64,000 nt of DNA from an uncultured Flavobacteriales bacterium. Its GTDB lineage: Bacteria; Bacteroidota; Bacteroidia; Flavobacteriales_G; Salibacteraceae. Positions within the stretch are counted from its first letter, which is position 1. Each line of letters begins with the position of its first letter. Shown here piece after piece: positions 26,373 to 36,199 of the stretch. The translations under genes were made by a program, and so were the position numbers. The notes beneath the pieces were generated by a model, which searched no databases, was not told where the DNA came from, and saw only the letters and a list, made by a program, of their open reading frames with translations. The stretch spans positions 1,295 through 65,294 of the forward strand of contig CALKOP010000062.1 in the NCBI GenBank assembly GCA_938091155.1, read 5' to 3'.

Positions 26373-28865
26373 ATGAAGCCATTTATCCTTTTTCTATTTT
26401 CCGTTCTACTTTCAGTTTCCAGTGCGCTATCACAGGTTTACGACCCTGTGAAATGGGAATTCAGCCATAAATTAGATGGGGATGAGCATGCTATTCTTCA
26501 ATTCAAAGCGACAATTGAAAAGAATTGGCATATATATTCTACTACAATTGAGGATGGCATTGGACCTGTTCCAACCATGATTGACATTAAAACAATCAAA
26601 GGAGCTGAATTGGTTGGTGGAATCAAAGAACCAAAGGCACACAAAGATTATGATCCAAACTTCGATATGGAGCTGTTGTGGTTTGAAGATATAGTAACCA
26701 TCGAACAGCGCATTAAACTTTCCAGCGAATTTGCCAAGGTCACAGGAGAGCTCACCTATATGACATGTGATGACTCCAAGTGTCTTCCTCCTGAATACCT
26801 CGATTTCGAATTCTATATAGAAGCAGCTGTAAAACCAGCCGCCAAACCTCAAGTTAAAGATAAAGCCGCTGCTAAACCAGTAAAAGAGGACAAACGTGAA
26901 GAAGAAGCCACAGAAGAAAAGCCTAAGTTATTGAAGCCCGTTACCTGGGAAATTACCAGCAAAAAGGATTCGGACGGCACCATTTTAATCAGCGCTACCG
27001 CGAATATAGAAGAAGGATGGCATGTTTATTCCATCAATCTACCGTCAGAAGATGGACCTGTTGCTACAGAATTGAGCATACTAAATGGTGAATTTGAACT
27101 TATTGGAGAGCTGATTGAAATCGGAGAACTTCATTCAGAATATGATGAAAACTTCATGATGGATCTTGATTACTTTGAAGGTGCAATGAAGTTGGAGCAA
27201 GGCTTTAAAGCAACCGGTTCAAAGGCAATTTCAGGAGAAGTTTATTTCATGTGTTGTGATGCTGAGAAGTGTCTGCCACCTGAGACGATCGAGTTTTTTG
27301 TAAATCCAGAAACGGGTGCGCTGATTACCGAAGAAGAGGCAGCTGAAATGAACAGCTCAGCTAGGGTTGAATCCAAAGGACAGAAGGAATCTAAAGAAGA
27401 TAGCACTGAAGATGACGGATCATTAACAGGCATCTTTCTACTAAGCTTTCTTGGAGGTTTTGCCGCATTGCTAACACCCTGTGTGTTTCCAATGATTCCA
27501 ATGACAGTGAGTTTCTTCACTAAACAAAGTAAAACTCGTGCTCAAGGAATCACTAACGCTTGGATATATGGAGCATTCATTGTCGGAATCTACACTTTGT
27601 TGGGCTTCGCGATTACCAAGATTTTTGGAGCTGATGCCCTTAATGCATTGTCAACAAACGCCATTTTCAACATGGCTTTTTTCGTCCTGCTCATTGTATT
27701 TGCCGTCTCATTCCTTGGAGCATTCGAAATCACACTTCCTTCATCTTTCGTAAATAAAATTGATCAAGCATCGGATAAAAGAGGTTTTATTGGAATCTTC
27801 TTCATGGCATTCACACTTGCTGTGGTTTCGTTTAGCTGCACCGGTCCAATCATTGGCACCTTACTGGTAGAAGCAGCTGTTCATGGTGGTATAACCGGAC
27901 CGTTAGTAGGAATGTTCGGGTTTTCTCTTGCACTCGCATTACCATTTGTCTTATTCGCTGCTTTCCCTGGTTGGTTAAACTCCCTTCCTCAATCTGGCGG
28001 ATGGTTAAACTCGGTCAAAGTTGTCCTTGGCTTTCTGGAAATTGGTCTTGCGTTTAAATTTCTTTCCAACGCTGATTTAGTATGGCAAGCCGGCTGGTTA
28101 CCTAGAGAGCTTTTTATTGCGATTTGGATTGCCGTTTCGGCAATGCTCACCTTATATCTTCTTGGTTTCATTAAAATGCCTCATGACTCCCCGCTTGATC
28201 ACTTAAGTGTGGGAAGAACACTTTTAGGGACTGGCTTCTTGGTGTTTACTATTTATTTAATCCCTGGACTTTGGGGAGCACCACTCAAAATCATTAGTGG
28301 CTTCCCTCCTCCCCTGTTTTATAGTGAGGCTCCAAATGGATTTTGGGGCAGCTCCGCAGCAGTAACTATGAATCATGCTGGAGACTCAAGTATTCCAGAT
28401 GGAGCAGATCCATCACACTGTCCTCATGGATTAAATTGTTTCCATGATTTTGAAAAAGGACTCGCATATGCTAAAGAAGTGGACAAGCCAATCCTTCTTG
28501 ATTTCACAGGTTGGGCCTGTGTCAATTGCAGAAAAATGGAAGAGCAAGTATGGAGTGATCCACGGGTTCTCAAGCAACTGAGAGAAGATGTAATTTTGAT
28601 TTCACTCTATGTTGATGAGAAAATATTACTGCCAGAGGATGAGCAATATGTCTCGGAGGAAACAGGCAAGAAGGTGAAAAGCGTGGGGAATAAGTGGGCA
28701 GATTTCCAAATCAAACACTTCCAATCAAACGCACAACCCCAATACATTATCGTAGATCATGAGTCTCTAGATCCATTGAATGGAACGACAGCCTACGATC
28801 CAGACATCGATTTTTATGTTTATTGGCTCGAAGAAGGAGTAGAAGCTTTTAATAAAAAGGATTAA
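26373..28865 (+). CDS. dsbD: protein-disulfide reductase DsbD family with duplicated N-terminal domain and C-terminal thioredoxin domain
   Basis: The ATG at 26373 gives MKPFILFLFSVLLSVSSALS. There are two DsbD-alpha-like domains (YMTCDDSKCLPPE and FMCCDAEKCLPPE), membrane core cysteines (LTPCVFPMIP, SFSCTGPIIG), and a thioredoxin CxxC (GWACVNCRKME). Confidence 0.9.
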   Translation: MKPFILFLFSVLLSVSSALSQVYDPVKWEFSHKLDGDEHAILQFKATIEKNWHIYSTTIEDGIGPVPTMIDIKTIKGAELVGGIKEPKAHKDYDPNFDMELLWFEDIVTIEQRIKLSSEFAKVTGELTYMTCDDSKCLPPEYLDFEFYIEAAVKPAAKPQVKDKAAAKPVKEDKREEEATEEKPKLLKPVTWEITSKKDSDGTILISATANIEEGWHVYSINLPSEDGPVATELSILNGEFELIGELIEIGELHSEYDENFMMDLDYFEGAMKLEQGFKATGSKAISGEVYFMCCDAEKCLPPETIEFFVNPETGALITEEEAAEMNSSARVESKGQKESKEDSTEDDGSLTGIFLLSFLGGFAALLTPCVFPMIPMTVSFFTKQSKTRAQGITNAWIYGAFIVGIYTLLGFAITKIFGADALNALSTNAIFNMAFFVLLIVFAVSFLGAFEITLPSSFVNKIDQASDKRGFIGIFFMAFTLAVVSFSCTGPIIGTLLVEAAVHGGITGPLVGMFGFSLALALPFVLFAAFPGWLNSLPQSGGWLNSVKVVLGFLEIGLAFKFLSNADLVWQAGWLPRELFIAIWIAVSAMLTLYLLGFIKMPHDSPLDHLSVGRTLLGTGFLVFTIYLIPGLWGAPLKIISGFPPPLFYSEAPNGFWGSSAAVTMNHAGDSSIPDGADPSHCPHGLNCFHDFEKGLAYAKEVDKPILLDFTGWACVNCRKMEEQVWSDPRVLKQLREDVILISLYVDEKILLPEDEQYVSEETGKKVKSVGNKWADFQIKHFQSNAQPQYIIVDHESLDPLNGTTAYDPDIDFYVYWLEEGVEAFNKKD

Positions 28866-28951
28866 GTCGGTTCAAAACGCGTTTATAACTGCCAATGTGG
28901 ACTCGCAAAACGGAGTGTTGGTAGCTTTATATTCACCATTATTGATTAACC

Positions 28952-29209
28952 ATGACTGACCAAGAAAAACGCAATAACGACAGAACCCTTCTACTAGAAG
29001 TTCTAAAACACAGGGTGGAAGGGAGTTTACATCCCCAAACTAATGCGCTGAATGTTGCTTATTCACTTGGCTTTGAAACCGAATATGCCAAAGAATTAAT
29101 TTCTTATTTGAGAATTAATGGATTCATGGAATTGGATCGCGAAACATTCAAGGCAAGAGTTACCTCTTCTGAAATTCGCAGAGCTGACTCTTCAGATTTG
29201 GCAGCTTAA
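28952..29209 (+). CDS. hypothetical small protein
   Basis: 85-aa ORF with an ATG start. I recognise no motif. Confidence 0.4.
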   Translation: MTDQEKRNNDRTLLLEVLKHRVEGSLHPQTNALNVAYSLGFETEYAKELISYLRINGFMELDRETFKARVTSSEIRRADSSDLAA

Positions 29210-29260
29210 CATCAATTTTTTCCTTTCCTCTTTCTTACTTTGCAACCTTCAATGGATAGT

Positions 29261-30799
29261 ATGCTCGTAAAAACATTTGGAAGTGCTGTACAAGGTGCAG
29301 ACGCCAGTACTATCACAGTAGAGGTTAATATTGATAAAGGAATCAACTTTTCGCTAGTTGGCCTGCCGGACAGTGCAGTTAAGGAAAGCCAACACAGAAT
29401 AGATGCTGCTCTCAACAATTCGGGCTATAAAATTCCTGGCAGGAAAATTATCATTAACATGGCTCCTGCCGATGTGCGTAAGGAAGGCTCTGCCTACGAT
29501 TTAACGCTGGCCATTGGAATTTTAGCCGCATCCGATCAAATTAAATCTGACCGAGTTGGTGACTATATTATAATGGGCGAGTTAGCGCTAGACGGTGCTT
29601 TAAGACCAGTTAAAGGAGTACTTCCGATTGCAATTCAAGCCCGTAAGGAAAAATTTAAGGGTATTCTTCTTCCGAAACAAAATGCACTAGAAGCCGCCAT
29701 TGTAAATGACATTGAGGTTCTGGGTGCTGAAAATATAAAAGAAGTAATTGATCATTTTGATGGCAAAGCAACCATCGAAAAAACATCAATTGATACGCGC
29801 GAAGAATTTTACAACCGCTTGAATGATTTCGATGTAGACTTTAGCGATGTTAAGGGTCAAGAAAACATCAAAAGAGCCTTAGAAATTGCGGCATCTGGCG
29901 GTCACAATGCTATTTTAATCGGACCGCCAGGAGCTGGTAAAACAATGCTAGCCAAACGAATTCCAACAATTCTACCTCCATTAAATTTACACGAGGCTTT
30001 AGAAACCACTAAAATTCATAGTGTAGCTGGTCGTATGAAAGAAGACTCAGGATTGGTTACCGTACGCCCATTCCGTTCACCTCATCATACAATTAGCGAT
30101 GTGGCACTTGTTGGCTGTGGGAGCTACCCACAACCTGGAGAAATATCATTAGCCCACAATGGAGTTTTGTTTTTAGATGAATTACCTGAATTCAAACGCA
30201 CTGTATTAGAGGTAATGCGTCAGCCAATGGAAGAACGCAGGGTCACTATTAGTCGAGCACGACTTTCAGTCGATTATCCAACCTCATTCATGCTCATTGC
30301 AAGTATGAACCCTTGCCCATGTGGATACTACAATCACCCTGAAAGGGAATGTGTTTGCCCTCCGGGAGTTGTACAGAATTACCTCAACAAAATTAGCGGA
30401 CCATTGCTTGACCGCATTGATATTCATATCGAAGTGACTCCAGTCAAATTTGATGAACTAAGCGATAAACGCCCAGCGGAATCAAGCCGTGACATACGCC
30501 AGAGGGTTATGAAGACTCGTTTGGTTCAAGAAAAGCGCTTCGAAAAAAGCGCGGGCATACATGCCAATGCACAAATGACCAAGCAGATGATCAATAAATA
30601 TTGTGAGATCGATTCGGCTGGTCAAGCTTTATTAAAACGCGCTATGGAGCGTTTGGGATTATCAGCTAGAGCTTACGATCGCATTTTAAAAGTATCCAGA
30701 ACTATCGCTGACCTCGGTGTTTCTGAAAATATCAAATCTGAACACCTAGCAGAAGCGATTAAATACAGGAGTTTAGACCGAGATAGCTGGGCAGGGTAG
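29261..30799 (+). CDS. comM: YifB/ComM family Mg-chelatase-like AAA+ ATPase
   Basis: The homolog-like N-terminus MLVKTFGSAVQG begins at ATG 29261. The track ORF starts at TTG 29240, and another ATG lies at 29252. Walker A GPPGAGKTMLA, Walker B VLFLDELPEF and the zinc-like CPCGYYNHPERECVC. Confidence 0.92.
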   Translation: MLVKTFGSAVQGADASTITVEVNIDKGINFSLVGLPDSAVKESQHRIDAALNNSGYKIPGRKIIINMAPADVRKEGSAYDLTLAIGILAASDQIKSDRVGDYIIMGELALDGALRPVKGVLPIAIQARKEKFKGILLPKQNALEAAIVNDIEVLGAENIKEVIDHFDGKATIEKTSIDTREEFYNRLNDFDVDFSDVKGQENIKRALEIAASGGHNAILIGPPGAGKTMLAKRIPTILPPLNLHEALETTKIHSVAGRMKEDSGLVTVRPFRSPHHTISDVALVGCGSYPQPGEISLAHNGVLFLDELPEFKRTVLEVMRQPMEERRVTISRARLSVDYPTSFMLIASMNPCPCGYYNHPERECVCPPGVVQNYLNKISGPLLDRIDIHIEVTPVKFDELSDKRPAESSRDIRQRVMKTRLVQEKRFEKSAGIHANAQMTKQMINKYCEIDSAGQALLKRAMERLGLSARAYDRILKVSRTIADLGVSENIKSEHLAEAIKYRSLDRDSWAG

Positions 30800-30953
30800 C
30801 TAAATGCTTTGTCGATTGTTAATGGGGTTATTTTCAATTCTCTTTTTAGAGAACTGAAAATTACACCTTTTTAGGTATTGCCAATAAGCGAGCTAACGTT
30901 TACAATTGATTACAACTACTTGCATGTTTCAACTCAGATTCATAAATTCGCCC

Positions 30954-33395
30954 ATGCGCATTCTAAGCTACTTGACTGCTGTAACTCTTTTTAGTCTCTT
31001 ATATTCGACAAAATCCGCTGCGTGCACGGCTTCCAGTATTTACCCTGCCAATACTACTGTAACAGACTCATCTTCGCTGAATCCATTGACAATAACAACT
31101 TGCAACTATGCAGGCGAATATGCTGTTGTGGTTCTATCCGGAAACTTCAACTATACTTTCGAAAGTAGTGTGGCAACTGATTTCCTTACGATAACCAACA
31201 CCTCTAATACAACCATAGACACTGGTTCTGGTTCTGTTACCATCAATAGCGCCGGTATAGATACAGTGCGAATGCACATTTTCTTGGATACTGCCTGTGC
31301 CCAGCAAACTACATGCAGGGTAACCACCGTGACTCGAGCTCCGTGTCTTGCAACTATACAATTCCCAGCATATGTGGATACGGCAAACAATAACTATGAC
31401 ACGCATTTCGTTTCTGCATGCAGTTATCCAGGTCAATTTTATGAAATTGTACTTTTTCCCGGTCGCTATGAATTTGCGAGCTCCAACAGCAGCGATTTTT
31501 TTGTTTTCACGGATTCAGCTAACAACCTCTTAGCCTACGGGCAAACACCGTTTCTTGGCACAGTAACTGCTGCCAATTATTTAAAAGTTCGAGTTCACAT
31601 TTTCGCTTCTCTCTACTGCGATGTAGAAGCCGCCTGTCGCACTACCACTGTCAGAAGACTGCCATGTGTTGCAACAAATCAGTCTCCTGGCTATTCTGTT
31701 CAGGCGCCCTATCATCCTGCTCTTGATACAATTTGGCAATGTAACTATGCTGGGCAGTATGTAAGAATGGATATTAATGCAGGCGAGACCTACGAAATTT
31801 CCAGCGACAGTGCGGATTGGTTTTTTCTTACCCTGACTGATGATACATACATATCAAGTGGGCAAACCCCTTTCACATTTACAAATCCATATGGAGATAC
31901 AACTATTCGAGCTCACATCTTTCAGGACAGCTCCTGCCGTGAGCAAGACACCTGCCGTCAGACATATGTTCAATGTCTAACATGTCCAGTGCCCATTCCA
32001 TCCATTTCATCCTCAGATTCTGTCGCGTGCACAGATGACCTTCCAATAACACTTACAAATGACAACCCTTTTGTCGGGAAAACATATTGGTACACTAGCA
32101 CTTGTGGATCAACGCCAATAGATTCGGGAACAACTATACAGGTCAGCCCAAGTACAGCTACAACATACTATTGTGCGAATTCATATGAAAGCCTCTTGTC
32201 CCCTTGCGATTCAATTACCTTGGAGGTGTTTCCAAGTCCAAGCGTCTCCATTGGAAATGTGATGGATGTGCTTTGCTTTGGTGGATCAGATGGATCCGCT
32301 CAAGCAACAGGAAGTTCTGGACTCAGTCCTTATTCATACTTATGGTCAACTGGCGAAGACTCCAATTATGCAATTCAATTAAACGCAGGTCAATTAAGCT
32401 TGCTGTTAACCGATGTCAATGGTTGCTTCGCTTATGATACAGTGTATGTTATCCAACCGGAAGCGATTGCAGACAGTGTTTTTAATCAGTATAACCCATT
32501 GTGTTTTGGAGACGAAACAGGACAATTGGGAATCCTAATTTCTGGCGGAGTTGCCCCCTATGCATATAATTGGTCAAATTCGGAAACGACTGCGAACATT
32601 ACAGATCTTGGACAAGGAACATATTCATTGACTTTGACTGATGAGAATAGCTGTGAAGAGGTCTACTCTTATGATATAATTTCTCCTGCAGAACTAGACA
32701 ATGAAATGGGAATCACAGACGTTTGGTGCAAAGGCGGGTCGACCGGGGCAATACAAACAGATGTGACGGGAGGTGTCTCCTCATATGATTATAATTGGTC
32801 TTCAGGAGACACGAATGGTCAACTATTTAATCTCGATGAAGGTGTTTATGTGCTTAGCCTTACAGACCAAAATGGTTGCGCTTTTCTAGATACCGTCACA
32901 ATTTCCTACACTCATGCTAACCCGGAAATTTTAATGGATACCGCTGCAATTATCTGTGTGAATCAAACCACTACTCTTGATGCCGGCGCAGGTTTTGTAT
33001 ATGCCTGGTCTACAAACCAATCTACACAGACAATCGAAATATCGATCCCCGGCACGTACAAGGTTACAATCACAGATTCTCGAGGTTGCAGCAGCTCGCA
33101 GGGTGTAATCGTAACCACTGATTCATGCCTAGGTATCAGTCCTATTATCAAAACTCCAGACTATAGAATATACCCAAATCCAAGTAATGGATCGATCCAA
33201 TTTGAAATCATTAATAAAGATATAAGCCTTGATTATATTCAGCTTGAATCGATAACCGGACAAAGCATTAAAAAGATTTCATTATCAGGTTTTGAAGCTG
33301 GAACTCTTGATTTCTTAGATGTCGCGAAAGGGGTCTATATCATGAATTTCGTTTTTGATCAAGGTGTTCAATCCCAGCAAATCATCATTCAATAG
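30954..33395 (+). CDS. secreted T9SS cargo protein: three novel 107-aa Cys-framed repeats + SprB-type repeats + Por C-terminal sorting domain
   Basis: The ATG at 30954 gives MRILSYLTAVTLFSLLYSTKSAA. SprB-like units (CFGGSDGSA...PYSYLWSTG...DVNGC; CFGDETGQL...PYAYNWSNS...DENSC; CKGGSTGAI...SYDYNWSSG...DQNGC). The tail is YPNPSNGSIQFEI...GVYIMNFVF...QQIIIQ. Confidence 0.85.
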   Translation: MRILSYLTAVTLFSLLYSTKSAACTASSIYPANTTVTDSSSLNPLTITTCNYAGEYAVVVLSGNFNYTFESSVATDFLTITNTSNTTIDTGSGSVTINSAGIDTVRMHIFLDTACAQQTTCRVTTVTRAPCLATIQFPAYVDTANNNYDTHFVSACSYPGQFYEIVLFPGRYEFASSNSSDFFVFTDSANNLLAYGQTPFLGTVTAANYLKVRVHIFASLYCDVEAACRTTTVRRLPCVATNQSPGYSVQAPYHPALDTIWQCNYAGQYVRMDINAGETYEISSDSADWFFLTLTDDTYISSGQTPFTFTNPYGDTTIRAHIFQDSSCREQDTCRQTYVQCLTCPVPIPSISSSDSVACTDDLPITLTNDNPFVGKTYWYTSTCGSTPIDSGTTIQVSPSTATTYYCANSYESLLSPCDSITLEVFPSPSVSIGNVMDVLCFGGSDGSAQATGSSGLSPYSYLWSTGEDSNYAIQLNAGQLSLLLTDVNGCFAYDTVYVIQPEAIADSVFNQYNPLCFGDETGQLGILISGGVAPYAYNWSNSETTANITDLGQGTYSLTLTDENSCEEVYSYDIISPAELDNEMGITDVWCKGGSTGAIQTDVTGGVSSYDYNWSSGDTNGQLFNLDEGVYVLSLTDQNGCAFLDTVTISYTHANPEILMDTAAIICVNQTTTLDAGAGFVYAWSTNQSTQTIEISIPGTYKVTITDSRGCSSSQGVIVTTDSCLGISPIIKTPDYRIYPNPSNGSIQFEIINKDISLDYIQLESITGQSIKKISLSGFEAGTLDFLDVAKGVYIMNFVFDQGVQSQQIIIQ
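31023..31982 (+). repeat. three tandem intragenic repeats of about 107 codons (31023, 31344 and 31665 are the starts)
   Basis: Each unit begins with C, has CNYAG(E/Q)Y or CSYPGQF about 26 residues in, an (R/V)xHIF block, and ends with C(R)xT(T/Y)V...(P/T) just before the next C. Unit lengths are 107, 107 and 106 aa. Confidence 0.75.
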
Positions 33396-33438
33396 GACCC
33401 AAGACTCAACGTTTTTTGCTCAACTTCGTCTCTAGGTT

Positions 33439-34752
33439 GTGAGGTATCAGATTTTACTTTTTTTGGGTCTACTATCCATCTCTGGCTTTGCCCAAACTGA
33501 AGGAAAAAAAGTTCTGTTTTTGGGAAACAGCTATACGTTTTCCAATAATCTTCCAGATCTGTTCAAAAACTTATCGAATGCAGCCGGAGACACGATTACA
33601 GCAGGTTTTAACACTCCGGGTGGCTATACTTTACAAGGACATAGCACCAATCAAATGTCGCAGGACATGATCAACCAAGGTGATTGGGATTTTGTCGTGT
33701 TGCAAGAGCAAAGTCAATTACCCTCGTTTCCATTGAGCCAAGTGCAGACACAGTGTTTCCCATATGCTGCCAAATTAGATACCATGATTAACGCTGTAAA
33801 TCCATGTACTGAAACCGTTTTCTTCATGACATGGGGAAGAGAAAATGGAGACGCAGGAAACTGTCCAAATTGGCCACCTGTGTGCACCTATCAAGGTATG
33901 GACAGCTTACTATACGATCGCTATATGCAAATGGCAGAGGACAATAATGCTATTGTATCGCCGGTTGGGGCAGTTTGGCGATTCATCAGAACAAATATGT
34001 CAAGCATTAATCTCTATGACCAAGATGGGTCACATCCAAGTGCCGCAGGAAGCTACGCAGCAGCCTGTGCATTCTATTCAATCATCCACCGAAAAAATCC
34101 CGTCAACGTTCCTTATGATTTCACACTAAATGTATTGGAAGCATACCAAATTAGACAAGCAGCAAAATTGGTCGTGTTTGATAGTCTTGAGAAATGGTTT
34201 GTTGGACCCTATGACTCGGCTATTGCAGTTGATGCGAAATTCCAATCAGCCCAGAGTCAATTCAATGCAACTTTTAATAATCTCAGTACAAATGCGACAA
34301 ATGTGTTTTGGGAATTTGGAGATGGAACAACAAGTGCTAACTCAAATCCATCACATACTTATCCTGGGTCAGGTCAGTACACTGTAACCCTCACTGCTTT
34401 CCATTGCGATTCTTCGGATACAGCTATGCAAACCTTGAATTTTGAAACCACCCCCTTAGATACTGCAGACACGACAATTAATGACACCATAACTCAGGTT
34501 GGAATAATAGACGCTTCTTCTATTCAAGTTTTTCCCAACCCAACGATAAATCGTCTAAATATTTCAGGGTTGCAATATCATAATTTCATCAGCCTTGAGT
34601 TGATCGATATATTTGGAAGGAAGGTTGCAAAAATGGAAATCGCGGGGCGACAGGGGATGGAAATTGATATGAGCAATCTGGATTCTGGACTTTATATTAT
34701 GCATCTTACAGGAAAAGATGGGTCGATTCAAAAGACAGTGATTGTTCAGTGA
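33439..34752 (+). CDS. secreted SGNH/DUF4886-like hydrolase with PKD domain and T9SS C-terminal sorting domain
   Basis: GTG start with signal MRYQILLFLGLLSISGFAQ. KVLFLGNSYTFSNNLPDLF and DGSHPS (SGNH-like). PKD block FWEFGDGTTSANSNPSHTYPGSGQYTVTLTA. The tail is VFPNPTINRLNI...GLYIMHL...KTVIVQ. Confidence 0.75.
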   Translation: MRYQILLFLGLLSISGFAQTEGKKVLFLGNSYTFSNNLPDLFKNLSNAAGDTITAGFNTPGGYTLQGHSTNQMSQDMINQGDWDFVVLQEQSQLPSFPLSQVQTQCFPYAAKLDTMINAVNPCTETVFFMTWGRENGDAGNCPNWPPVCTYQGMDSLLYDRYMQMAEDNNAIVSPVGAVWRFIRTNMSSINLYDQDGSHPSAAGSYAAACAFYSIIHRKNPVNVPYDFTLNVLEAYQIRQAAKLVVFDSLEKWFVGPYDSAIAVDAKFQSAQSQFNATFNNLSTNATNVFWEFGDGTTSANSNPSHTYPGSGQYTVTLTAFHCDSSDTAMQTLNFETTPLDTADTTINDTITQVGIIDASSIQVFPNPTINRLNISGLQYHNFISLELIDIFGRKVAKMEIAGRQGMEIDMSNLDSGLYIMHLTGKDGSIQKTVIVQ

Positions 34753-34796
34753 TTCACACCCTGCATTGAAGCGCACTATTCCTCTATTTTCGCGGT

Positions 34797-35546
34797 ATGA
34801 TTAATGGCAAAAAAGTAGTGGTTGTGATGCCTGCATACAATGCAGAAAAAACACTCCAAAAAACCTACGATGAAATTCCATTCGACATTGTGGACGATGT
34901 TGTTTTGGTAGACGATAAAAGCTCTGACAAAACGGCTGACCTTGCCCGGGAAATAGGTATCAAACACGTTATTACACACGAAAACAACCTTGGATACGGG
35001 GGAAACCAAAAATCTTGTTATCGAAAAGCATTGGAACTGAATGCGGACATCACCATCATGGTGCACCCAGATTACCAATACACTCCACTGCTTATTCCAT
35101 CCATTGCGCACATCATTGCAAATGATTTGTATGATTCTGTTTTAGCCAGTCGAATACTAGGAAAAGGAGCCCTAAAAGGCGGAATGCCCATGTATAAATA
35201 CATCGCAAACAGATTTCTTACACTCACACAAAACATACTCATTGGTCAAAAACTAAGTGAATACCATTCAGGCTATAGGGCGTTTTCAAAAAACATTCTT
35301 GAAACCATCGACTTTGAGACAAATTCTAACGACTTCGTATTTGACAATCAAATGTTATGTCAAGTCTTCCATGCGGGGTTTGAAATAGGTGAGGTCACTT
35401 GTCCAACCAAGTATTTTGAGGAGGCCTCTTCCATCAATTTTGCCCGAAGCAGCACCTATGGTCTTGGTGTGTTGAAATGGTCTTTCATCTATAGACTGAG
35501 TAAACTTGGCTTGGTCAATCCTCGCATATTCAAAACGAAAAAATGA
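34797..35546 (+). CDS. family 2 glycosyltransferase, polyprenyl-phosphate sugar synthase-like (DPM1/ArnC-type)
   Basis: 249 aa. VVVVMPAYNAEKTL, VLVDDKSSDKT and GYRAFSK are GT2 hallmarks. Confidence 0.82.
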   Translation: MINGKKVVVVMPAYNAEKTLQKTYDEIPFDIVDDVVLVDDKSSDKTADLAREIGIKHVITHENNLGYGGNQKSCYRKALELNADITIMVHPDYQYTPLLIPSIAHIIANDLYDSVLASRILGKGALKGGMPMYKYIANRFLTLTQNILIGQKLSEYHSGYRAFSKNILETIDFETNSNDFVFDNQMLCQVFHAGFEIGEVTCPTKYFEEASSINFARSSTYGLGVLKWSFIYRLSKLGLVNPRIFKTKK

Positions 35547-36199
35547 AATCAGCCTTTCAAGAGGTAAAGCTTTTCATTTCCGTTCATGCGCTGGTATTGC
35601 TCGGAAGTTTGGTTGTCATTTTCGCTACGGATCAAAATGAACTGCACCTGTGGTTCAATCAATTTCATAATCCGTTTTTCGACCAATTTTTTAAGTACGC
35701 TACGCACATGGCTGAGGGTCTAGTTATCGGATTGATTGTATTCATTATCTTAATATATAAGGTACGCTATGCAATTGCTGGATTAATCGGCATAGTTGTT
35801 TCAGGCATGGTCACACAATTTTTTAAACGCATGGTTTTCAATGACCATTTTCGACCTTCTAAGGTATTTGATGGAATCGCAAACCTGCATTTTGTTGATG
35901 GAGTTTCGCTGCACAAGGCCTTTTCCTTCCCTTCTGGACATTCAACAGCAGCTTTTGCCCTATTTCTTTTTCTGGCCTTCACGGTCAATAATCGTAAACT
36001 AGAGCTTTTGTGTTATGCCTTAGCCTTGATAAACGCCTTTAGTCGTGTCTATTTATCGCAGCATTTCTTTGAGGATATAACCGTTGGCAGCATCATTGGC
36101 ACCACCATCTGCTTTGTGATTCTTGCCCTTTTCAAAAATCAGAAATGGGGCGAGAAAGGTCTATTGGCTAATTTCGAAACAAATCGAAATAAGTCTTGA
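35543..36199 (+). CDS. PAP2 superfamily membrane phosphatase
   Basis: 218 aa. Acid-phosphatase motifs KRMVFNDHFRP, SFPSGHS and SRVYLSQHFFEDI. ATGA overlap with the GT2 gene. Confidence 0.85.
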   Translation: MKSAFQEVKLFISVHALVLLGSLVVIFATDQNELHLWFNQFHNPFFDQFFKYATHMAEGLVIGLIVFIILIYKVRYAIAGLIGIVVSGMVTQFFKRMVFNDHFRPSKVFDGIANLHFVDGVSLHKAFSFPSGHSTAAFALFLFLAFTVNNRKLELLCYALALINAFSRVYLSQHFFEDITVGSIIGTTICFVILALFKNQKWGEKGLLANFETNRNKS

